Shown here: positions 11,082-20,000 of the stretch, one piece after another
Layout: each line of letters opens with the position of its first letter
How positions within the stretch are numbered: the stretch's first letter is position 1
Assembly (NCBI GenBank): GCA_000934665.2
Contig: KZ538699.1
Span: 45,403-65,402, forward strand
DNA: 20,000 nucleotides
From: Catajapyx aquilonaris
Lineage: Eukaryota
Direction of reading: 5' to 3'
Notes under the pieces: generated by a model
The model's database searches: none
Seen by the model: only the letters and a program-made list of their open reading frames with translations
Told to the model about the DNA's origin: nothing
Translations under genes and position numbers: made by a program

Positions 11082-12112
11082 GGCGGCCCTTGGTATCATA
11101 TCAAAATGGCCAACTCTCCGACCGGCTTGTGTCTAACATTCCCCGTGTGTGTATACCGTAAGGCTACATGTTTGTGCAAATGATTTGGTGGGTTTTAATT
11201 AAATTGGCCAATTTGTTAGTGACCTCAAAGAAAGTAATGAGAAGCTTTGGAATTTGAAGTGGAGGAAAGGGAGTGGCGGAATGTCGATCCGGAGTAAACT
11301 CGGTGGAACATGAATCGCAACACTACGGATTCCTGACTCATCGGTTATGTCTGAGACGAATTGAGTTTGCCATGGCCCGTGAGCATCCAAGGCACAAGAT
11401 GCGCGAGGGGGGAGGGGGGGAGCTGGATGCTGTGCCAGAGAGGAGGAAGGGAAAGAGATGAGAATCCTGAATGTCTCCTCCCGCGGGTGATACACAGGGA
11501 TTCACTTGGCGTCGTCATGTACTGTACAAGTCCAATTTTCTGTAAACTTTCAAAACCGGTTTGACGATTAATGCGAAATGTTACAAGTTGCATGAAATCT
11601 TTTCCTGCGACTCGCCTATATTCTGTATGTGGAAGATGCCGCCTTCAATTGCGACAACACGCGATACAACAAAGTCGATTGGGTTACCTGACTTCCAGGA
11701 TAGTCTCCATAAATCTACTGGTATCATACCCTAATTGCGCTGACGACATGCAGTGCTTTTGCACAGTCTGGCAACGGCCATTATGTCCCTCTGAGTGCAT
11801 CATATTAGTGCGCTCATCATTTACGGCGAATTTGTCCGACACAGTTCGTTCAGCATGAACTGTTTTCACGTATCATTGGCAACCCCACCACCGTTAAAGA
11901 ACTATTGAGTGACTCACCTGTGGATACCTATTCATGGTGTTGATGGAATTGATTGGGTTTGGATGCGGGTAGGGCTGATATCCTCTGGTGGCCGTCGGGT
12001 AAATGTTGCGCATCATAGCGCCATTGCAGGTGGGGATCACCGCAGGGGCCAGCGCCTTCTGCAGCTGCTTCTCCTGCTTCCGGTACTTGGCTCGACGATT
12101 CTGGAACCATAC
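9658..12112 (-). CDS. Prop: Paired-like (Q50) homeobox transcription factor, Prop/PROP1/unc-42/CG32532 family; last three coding exons (12112-11918, 10478-10379, 9764-9658); homeodomain helices 1-2 encoded upstream of the window
   Basis: Exon 12112-11918 begins at the classic paired-class intron position: VWFQNRRAKYRKQEKQLQKALAPAVIPTCNGAMMRNIYP...NRYPQ. Exon 10478-10379 reads MTSTSYPAMTQPFSMPHTATNMSPVSGMRQDAM. Exon 9764-9658 reads GMAPEDEWYNKSLSALRMNTTHHPNLSTPMLQYQT* (TAA). Splice sites are canonical GT-AG with consistent phases (0, 1). The C-terminal peptides resemble my recollection of arthropod Prop/CG32532 proteins. Confidence 0.85.
10633..10660. repeat. (GA)n microsatellite in Prop intron
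   Basis: About 14 GA units. Confidence 0.95.
11008..11081. repeat. (TAA)n microsatellite, about 24 units, in Prop intron
   Basis: Perfect TAA run; it produces the spurious poly-Ile ORF 10953-11183. Confidence 0.97.
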
Positions 12113-12728
12113 CTGTAATGCCAAAAAATCGAGGGGGTGAAACACCTGCAACAATGAATCAGACAATTTGAAGAAGAAAAAATTGTGCGACATGTGGCAG
12201 GGCGTGGATGATTGGTCCGAGCACATGTCCTGGTCGAAGTGGGTGACAAAGCACCCGATTGAGAGCGGAGGGTGAGCGAAGTGTGCACTTCACAACCCCC
12301 TTCCTCCTCCGCATTTCCATTTCAAATGCCTTTGGGCTATATGTTGGAAAGGGCTGGGGCCGCTCAGCACCTTTTCTATCCTCCCCTCCCGCTTCTCCGG
12401 GCCCGTATTCGTGCCCGGAATGCTCAACAGCATGCCAGCCAACCTTCATTTCCTGCACAAAACCTTACACCTACGTTTTCCGGGGCTCTTCTTGCTACTA
12501 AATGCTATAGAGTGAGACGTTGGATTTATCCCTAGAAAGTTGTGCGCTGCAGGCATTGTTAGAAGGGCGTATGGAGGTCTGGCTGGAGGGAAATCAGATG
12601 GGACTTGAAAATGAATGTGTGTTTAATTAAGATGAAGGTACTGGAATTTTGGCCAGTACGCAGTATTAAGAAAAATAAAAGGCACATTTTCAATACTTAC
12701 ATTATGTTAAATATAGCGCATATTCCTA

Positions 12729-12796
12729 CATCCATATGATTGTTTACACCGTGTGAACAATCATATGGATGGTACGTACTTCCGGAAGTAAGTACC
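12729..12796. repeat. Two adjacent near-perfect palindromes
   Basis: CATCCATATGATTGTTTACAC-c-GTGTGAACAATCATATGGATG (21-bp arms, 1 mismatch, 12729-12771), then GGTAC-g-TACTTCCGGAAGTA-a-GTACC (12771-12796). Confidence 0.85.
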
Positions 12797-15700
12797 GGTC
12801 AGGTGACATGTCATTTGAGTGCAGTATCCGTTGGCAAATGAGCAGTTTAGTCGGGCCTTAAACCCAGGGCAGGTTGGCAGGCGTGGTGTTCTCCGCAGAA
12901 GCAATTTGAGGCGGAATAGAATCCAGCGCACATTTCCAGATTTCCTCCCCCTGCACCGCTATCTGACGACTCTGATGTTCATTTGATTTATTTTCTTCAT
13001 TAGGCTCCCAATTTGAACTTTATGAACCCTATAATGGCTGGTAAATAATTTCAAATAATGAAATAATATCAGTTGCCATTCGGGGACAAACAAATCGGAT
13101 CAATTTAAAGGGAGTCGGCCCCTTAATCGAATCGCCAGAGTAAACAAATGTGATTTGGGCAATGGGGTTGAAGTTTCCAGTCCACAAGGAGTGTTTACTG
13201 CGGTGCGACAGGGGCGTTAGTGGGGTGCCTGAAGGACTCGGGGATGGTCAGGAAGTGTTGGTCTGGTGTTTCTTTGGGTGGTCGCGGATGTGTGTTAAAA
13301 GGAAGGGATTTTTAAATATTGCTGACAATTATCAGGATGTTGTGCTTATTACGAATTTTTTGGGTGGTGCAGGTGAATGATTGACAAGGTGGAACATTTG
13401 ACAAATGAGTTCGCGGGTTATACATGTGGCTCATCCATGAGACATTACCGATCATAATATATATTTTAATGGCGTTATTTTTCATAACTACAAAAATTAT
13501 ATGCCAATGTGATTATTTGGCTAATAAATTGATCAACGGTTTAAAATTATAGTTTTTAATGAAAATTAATTACCGTTTACAGTGTGTACCGTCCCAAAAA
13601 CTCAATTGAGTTGAAGGTTCTCCTCATCTGCACAACCTCCGCTATATACACTCAGGAGTCTGGTCATATACAGCTGAACATAACTGCATTGCGGAAAAAC
13701 TGGCATATCACCAAGAGGTAATGGCACTCTACTATGAATGTTATATTTGTGGGCAGCATTAATAAATAACCCGAACTCGCAGTCCCATTTTTGATAAACC
13801 TACACACAATAGGTCAGAACATCATTTTGGTGTCGAGGGATTCGTATGTAAAAAGCCTCTACCGGCAGGCTCATTATGTTTGGTTCACTGCACTTCGTTT
13901 GCCGCGAAGGCTACAATCAATATTTCACTCTATTGTGACCTTTTGGCAAATGCGATTCGCGACAGCGTAGTACACGTGATGGCTGATGTTCGCTCTGCAT
14001 TTTTGAGTAGCAGTTTTGGTTGCGCCGCGTGTGAGTTGCAAAATGACCAGCGAATTTGTCCATAAGTGTACACCTAACTGATGAGAGTTAAATATTGCAC
14101 GAGTGCGCTATATTTGCCTGCATAATACTATAGTGGGCAGATAGCGAGTTCAGTGCACTATAAAAATATGATGGATTTCTGAATAAATTAATAGTTTTTT
14201 CAGGCATCACATTCTGCCAAGTTTTAGTGAAATTTTTGTAACGTGTTGAAAGAGAAACGACAATGCAAACGCGTATCGGCTCTTTAAACTTATTGTTGAG
14301 ACTTGGTGGTGCACCACACTGTACACTCGTTTCATGTGTCTCATGAACACATTATGAAACCCATACTGTACAGTACATTCGCACTTAATCGCATGACGAA
14401 AAAACCATCAACAGCCTGTAAATTTTTAAGAGAAGCCTTTGCATTGTGCAAAGCACTGTAACGGTCATTTCTGGCTGGTGTTTTTTAAAGACCTAAACTA
14501 TTTTACCTCAGCTCGAACAAGTTGGAAGAGTAACTGTTTCGATACGTTCACATTTGGGTACACCAGCATGGCTAACACGGATGAAAGAACCGTAGTAGGT
14601 CTGTAAATCTGATTGGCCAATTTCTGATTGAACCAATCCTCATCGCTCGCTTCCCATTTTCATCAGTCGGAAAATGTGAACCCAGGAAATGTTCGCCTCT
14701 GGAACAAAAAAAAAAAAGTGAGAGAGAAGCACCCGCCTGTTGAAACCCAACGTGGTCGACAATTTTACGAGTGAACTATGAGAACCCAGAGTTACGTTGA
14801 TGAAAGGCCCTCCCCTGTATATAGTTTGGATTCTGAAAACTGTGCACAGCATTGTCGCTTTGATTGTCGCTCCCTTCATTTTTAGAAGCCGTGGCTCGAA
14901 ATGAGCTGTGCTGGCATACCCAGCCAGGCACATCGACTGTGCTCTAATGCCAGCCATAGCCAGCCAGGCAGCATCAGGGTCGGCCATTTCCATGAGAAAG
15001 AGTCGACTTCAAAGTGCAGGGGCCAGACCAGCCTTGAAAAAAGGTTCCCGAGTGCGAGAAGCGAAACGGAGCATGTTTATTTTTGTGAAGGAAAAGGGGG
15101 GGTTGTGTTATAACCTAGAGCTGCATTATAGCCCTGTTTCCATCCGCCATTTCGTGCTACCGGGGCCCTGCTCTACTGAGTGTGTGCACCAGTGTGCTGG
15201 CTGGGTGGGATGGGGGCGGGAAAGGGGGGATTAGAGGGTAGATGGGGAGGGGGGCGCCCCTCGCCCTCGCGCCCTCGGGAGGCCATCAAATGGATTCCGT
15301 AATTTGATTATCCACCCTATCACAGCGGCACGACGGTGATTCGGCGGCAGACGATTTTCAATTATCACTTTTTAACAAGCGGGAGATAACGTCTGTCGCG
15401 AAATCTTCCCTCTTGTACCCCTCCCAGCCACTAGTCTGTTGTGCACGGCATCATCCACATCAGGTGTATTACAATATTATTATTATGGAAGGATGGCTTC
15501 AACCATGCGAATAATGTGTGGTGTCGTATACTATAGTAGTGTGAGTGCAATTTACGCAGGCCTTTGAGAGGAGCAGGCTCTCTCAGGGCTGTAGGTGGGA
15601 TGCAAAGTGCCGCACATTGGCTGACCTAAATTACCTGAAATGTCTTGGCACACGACCGAGAACAGATTAGAGACTAATGCGATGTTGGGTTTGTAAATAG

Positions 15701-17287
15701 CGACCTGAAGTGAAAGCCCAATTTTTACACGACAATGACGCTTAATGATTTCGTAGCATAAGTTGCTATGCAAATCCTTGTAAAGGCAAGAAATAATTCG
15801 AGGGCTCGCCATCCCAATCTGATTTGCTGCCATATTCAGATCCTCCCCAACCTTTTCATCAACCGATTCATTACTCTCGGGTGTCTCCGTCGGATAATCC
15901 AATTGGGAAAGGGAGTGCGCCAATAATAAACAGTATTCAAATATGACGCAGCAGTTTTGTGTCATTACAAAAAAAAAGGCCCCTTCTTTTTTTTTGGTAT
16001 GCGACTTTTTTTATTGGACAAAAATATAGGTCCATAGTGGCTTACAGTTGCAAGTTGTGTCCTCTAGAGACCTGTTCACTTATAGTGTTTTTTTTAGAGT
16101 GGCACTTCCCGTATTGATGAGTCCAGGCAAAGTTTCCTTCACCCCAGTCCCTGAGCAGTGTGGGCCTGGAGTCAGGGTGACGCGAGGGACTTTCCAAATC
16201 GCTAATTAGATTAGGAGTTCTCGGTGAGGACAGATGCCGCTTCTATGGGAACCCCCTCCGAAATGGAGGACCTGCTCGTGGACATGTGCATTGACCTGTA
16301 GGGTTGTTATTCGTAGTTTTGTGGCGCGGATATGCACAGCGACTATTTGGAGAGACGGAGATATGTGGCCTGAATTTTGGTTTCATGCTGAAGAGAGCAG
16401 GTGGAAAAGTCACTTTTAGGTTAACAGAGCGTTGTGGAAGTCGTTGACTCATGAGACCACATCTGAAGTCATGACCACATTTTCTGGTTCAGAAAATTGT
16501 CTAAAGTTTCGCAATGAATCAGTCCGGAAATATTATACAATTGAATTGCAGGTATCAAAAAAATAGTGTAACTACCAGAATCATGAGTTTTACCTAAGAT
16601 TGAATATTCACACCACTTAGTGGCTTCGGACTCATTGACACGTGCTTCGACTATTTTACATGAACACAATCTCGAGATGTTAACTTCATCGTGAGGTTAC
16701 GTTGTTATGGTGTTATCATTACTTCGGCGGATATTTACCGTAAGAGGGAATAACCAATAGGTTGTTTGCATCATTGAGTAATAATTCGGCCGGACGTTGC
16801 ATGAAGCTCCAGGTATAGGGTAAACGGTATATTTTAATAATAAAGTGGGTTATAGACGATCATCTATTTGGTTTTTGGTGCGGCTTCATACGCCGTAAGC
16901 CATGCCCGTATGACGGCCTCATTTTGTAGTGTTACCGCGTTCTAGCGAATTTGAAAACATTGGACGCATTATAGTCTTACGAAGTGCATACATGATCCTG
17001 CAATGAAGAATCAGGTATATGTAATGCTAATGGAGTTGTCCATGCAAAACAAACTCGTTCCATTTTTGGAATTATGAGTGCACTAGTGGTGTAAGATACG
17101 TGCAATATTTTTTTTTGTGTATGCAGAACATGTATAAGAAGGAACGTGCAGGCAACTCGGCACTCGTAGTGCATTTCCACGGATAGTACAGTAAAGGGAA
17201 AATTGAGCATTCTCGGCACTTACTTGAGTTTGAGGGTAATGGAAAGTTTTTCCATTTATGCATATAGAATATACGCGTAGGCCTATA

Positions 17288-18044
17288 CAGGGCGGTCACG
17301 AATTCTTCTGCCAATATGTTACAGGTGGTAGGGGGTGAGTATGGAAGGGGCATGGCATGAGTTAGAAAAGTCGGCGACGATCCGTTTTGGAGAGGTCGAC
17401 CTTTGACATCGACAATGTCTATCCTGACAAGTACGGATACCCCCATGCTTGTCTGCATTGCTGGTTGCCTGGGTCAGGCGCTCGTACTGTCAGCCCCGTG
17501 GCGTGGGCAGACCATTGCTCAACCGCCTGACTCCGGCAACCAGCAATGCAGGCATATACGGGGACCACGACGGGGACCGTATCCATACCTGTCAGGATAG
17601 ACATTGGGGCCGTCCAGACGGGCCGACCTTAGCCGCGGCCAGCCGCGGCCGGTCGAGGCAGCGACGGTTCACACGGCAACGGCCACGGCCAGGCCACGGC
17701 TCAGAAGTCGGCCAAGTTGGCCGACTTCCTGGAAGTTGGCTCGCTGCTTGGCCACGGCTTGGCCTCGGCAACGGATACACTGCGCGTCACTTGTTTTTCG
17801 TCGCTGCCATGACTACCGGCCACTATTACTATTATTAAAATATGTGCCCGTCTGAACGGGTACCGTGGCCAGCCGTGGCTCCGCAAGCCGGTGCCGGCCG
17901 CGGCTAAGGTCGGCCCGTCTGGACGGCCCCATCGTCGACGTCAACGTCGCGTCGTCGCCGGCCTTTCGGGCCCATGCCATTCTTCTTCCGTATGCACCTC
18001 CTACCACCCATTTCTTTTTGTCATACAAATTCGTCACCACCCTG
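17288..18044. mobile_element. Non-autonomous fold-back MITE, Tc1/mariner-like (TA TSD, CAGGG termini), interrupted by a second MITE
   Basis: Left end TA|CAGGGCGGTCACGAATT and right end AATTCGTCACCACCCTG|TA (2 mismatches in 17). Imperfect inverted symmetry continues inward (GGTGGTAG...ATGGCATG...CGGCGACGA...TTGACRTCGAC) and through 17414-17605 (AATGTCTATCCTGACA / TGTCAGGATAGACATT; TGCATTGCTGGTTGCC / GGCAACCAGCAATGCA). No transposase ORF. Confidence 0.8.
17606..17930. mobile_element. 325-bp MITE with perfect 35-bp TIRs, PIF/Harbinger-like, nested in the fold-back element
   Basis: TIR GGGGCCGTCCAGACGGGCCGACCTTAGCCGCGGCC (17606-17640) has an exact reverse complement at 17896-17930. It is flanked by ATT/ATC (imperfect 3-bp TSD). 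There is an internal hairpin GAAGTCGGCCAA-g-TTGGCCGACTTC (about 17704-17728) and repeated GCCRYGGC motifs. The superfamily is inferred from the GGGGCC termini and 3-bp TSD. Confidence 0.8.
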
Positions 18045-18719
18045 TATAGGTGGAAAGAATATCCACTCAGAGTATAAGTGGAAGGAGTAATACTTTAGGT
18101 ATAGTATACTTATACACAATAAACAGTAGGATTTGTAAAGCTACATGGACAATGAAGAGATATAAACTGTTTTTCACTTAGACAATGGAATTTGTAAGAG
18201 AAATCATAGAAAATTCCTTCACATGATTTTGACTTTTCACATAAATTATGATGCTCCCATGTCCCATGTAAACATATCAATTTTCTACTGTAAAACTGCC
18301 CTTTCCATTTACTTACATTTTCCACGTATATTATTACTTGGAAAAGTTTAAGTGAGCAATTATTTATATGTGATAAGAGAAATTACACGAAGGAAAATGG
18401 GACGCTTTCAAATAGAAAAGGAGATTGATGTAAAAAAAAAAGCCTTCCCACAGTATGTTGTGCACAATAATTTTTCAACTTATTTGTGCCTGTGTTCTTC
18501 AGCGAATTCGAGAAACTTGAGCGTGAGTGCGGCAACTGGCTTCTGGCGAACACAACGTTATGAAAATAGTAACACCCCATATTTTAAATTGACTATAGAC
18601 TTTGAAATGGACAATTCTGATTTTGATGTAGCACACCACACCATCCTCTAAAAAAATTCCCCCCCCCCNTGCAAGGCAATAGGCCGTTTCCAGTTCCGGA
18701 TCCCGCTGAGTAGGCAGTC

Positions 18720-18802
18720 CTCTCAGCTTCTCTTTTCTCCCTTCTTTTTCTCCCCCGCCTTCCCCCTACTCTCTCTCTCTCTCCCTCTCTCTCCCTCTCT
18801 CG
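18720..18802. repeat. CT-rich / (CT)n low-complexity tract
   Basis: Polypyrimidine stretch with interrupted CT dinucleotide repeats; a similar tract lies at about 19013-19057. Confidence 0.8.
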
Positions 18803-20000
18803 TCTGGCCGTGCGGACGTGAGACGAAGTGGAAAGACGTTCTCCCCCCTCCACGCCGTGCCGAATCCCTAACAAGGTCCGGGGCTTCATAACGCATTCCG
18901 CACTGCATTTTAGATCAAACATTACCCAATCGCTAGGGATAGGGGAGCTTAATGATGATTGGCAGGCCGCCTAATGAACGATTCTTGGATGTCTCTTCAA
19001 AGATAGACCGGCCCTCTCTCTCTCTGCTCTCTCTCTCTCGCTCTCTTCCATCTCTCCCAGGCTGGTACTGATGCTGCGGCGAGCGGCCCCGCGCCCTGAT
19101 GCACGCTCTCGGCCTAGACAACAGGGCTTTCAACGTAGGCAAATTAGATTTCGCCAGCCAAGCTTAGAAATAATGGAGGTTTGCATGAAAGCCTTTTACA
19201 ACCTATAAGATACTCAAATGAGGGACCCAAACCCTCCCCCATCCCCCCACCTACTATCGTCTCAACCCCCCCGGTCCCCAGTACCTTTTCTGTTCACCCT
19301 CCCACTCTCAACCACCCCATGCTGCAGCATCTTGGATCGAAAGATAGATTATGGATTGTGTTGGCGAGGCCAATATCTTCAATTTCCGCCATATTTCATG
19401 CCGACTAAAAGATCCCTGTCTCGTCTCGTAAAATCTGCCACCCTGAGAGTTCCTTGGCGGAAAATTGCAGGCGGGGAGTATAGGCTAGGATCGAGTCTGG
19501 AGATGGAAGATGGGAGTAAGGTAAGGGGGGGGTGGGATGGGATGGGAGGTGGAGAAAAGAGAAGAAAAAAAAAAGGCAATGGAGGGATGCAACAAGCTAC
19601 TTCCATTCTGTGTCTATCAGCTTCCACTTATTGCGACTCGTTCTTGGGACGCTTGGTCTATTAATTCTGAGATATTTCGGGAATAAACTTGTCTAAGCGC
19701 AATTACCCTCGTTACAACGGCATGCTATCATTCTGAAACACTAGGGACAATTTGAAAACTGTAGGTATGCAATATTACCCACAAAGTATGGTTGGAAAAT
19801 GTCATCTCGGTCAAAGTTTATGATATCAAAGGGCATCGCCTATACTTTCTAGAAAGCCTAGAAAGTTTAGCCCCTACCAGTTAGTCCCACCCGCAAGGCA
19901 CAAAAGTCTGTTGGGTTGCGAACGAGTCAGGATGATTTGCCTTCCCAATTCTAAAACCTAAACAAAATCACAATTTGAAACCGATACATGACCTTAAGAA

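Noticed and set aside
10953..11183. Poly-isoleucine ORF
   Set aside because: It is a translation of the (TAA)n microsatellite inside an intron.
17403..18077. Several overlapping Arg/Pro/Ala-rich ORFs with mirrored peptides
   Set aside because: They are artefacts of GC-rich inverted repeats; there are no transposase motifs.
18659..18669. Poly-C run ending in N
   Set aside because: Assembly or sequencing ambiguity, not biology.
12113..20000. Search for the upstream homeodomain exon (helices 1-2, e.g. RTTF...YPD...REELA)
   Set aside because: Not found in the ORF track or by reading. It must lie beyond the window, and the short ORFs here look non-coding.
1..20000. Prokaryotic systems (CRISPR arrays, operons, defence islands), tRNA/rRNA genes
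   Set aside because: The sequence is eukaryotic with spliceosomal introns; no repeat-spacer array or recognisable structural RNA gene was seen.

Overview
Eukaryotic, intron-containing genomic DNA, most likely from a non-dipteran arthropod (inferred from the proteins). It holds three protein-coding genes. (1) The last two coding exons of a GT43 beta-1,3-glucuronosyltransferase (GlcAT-I/B3GAT-like, + strand, 151-754). (2) A complete 17-exon two-pore channel gene of the TPC3 type (- strand, 7062-3133, about 831 aa), which contains a U12-type AT-AC minor intron at 3941-3865. (3) The three 3' coding exons of a paired-like Q50 homeobox gene of the Prop/unc-42/CG32532 family (- strand, 12112-9658), whose upstream exons lie beyond the window. 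The most unusual observation is the Prop last exon. It looks dual-coding: a second, protein-like Tyr/Pro-rich frame can be reached through a +4 tandem splice donor or an AUG 2 nt after the canonical stop. That frame ends in a leaky-context UGA-C followed by 64 more open Ser/Pro-rich codons. The large Prop intron also contains a nested transposon: a Harbinger-like MITE inserted in a Tc1/mariner-like fold-back MITE (17288-18044).
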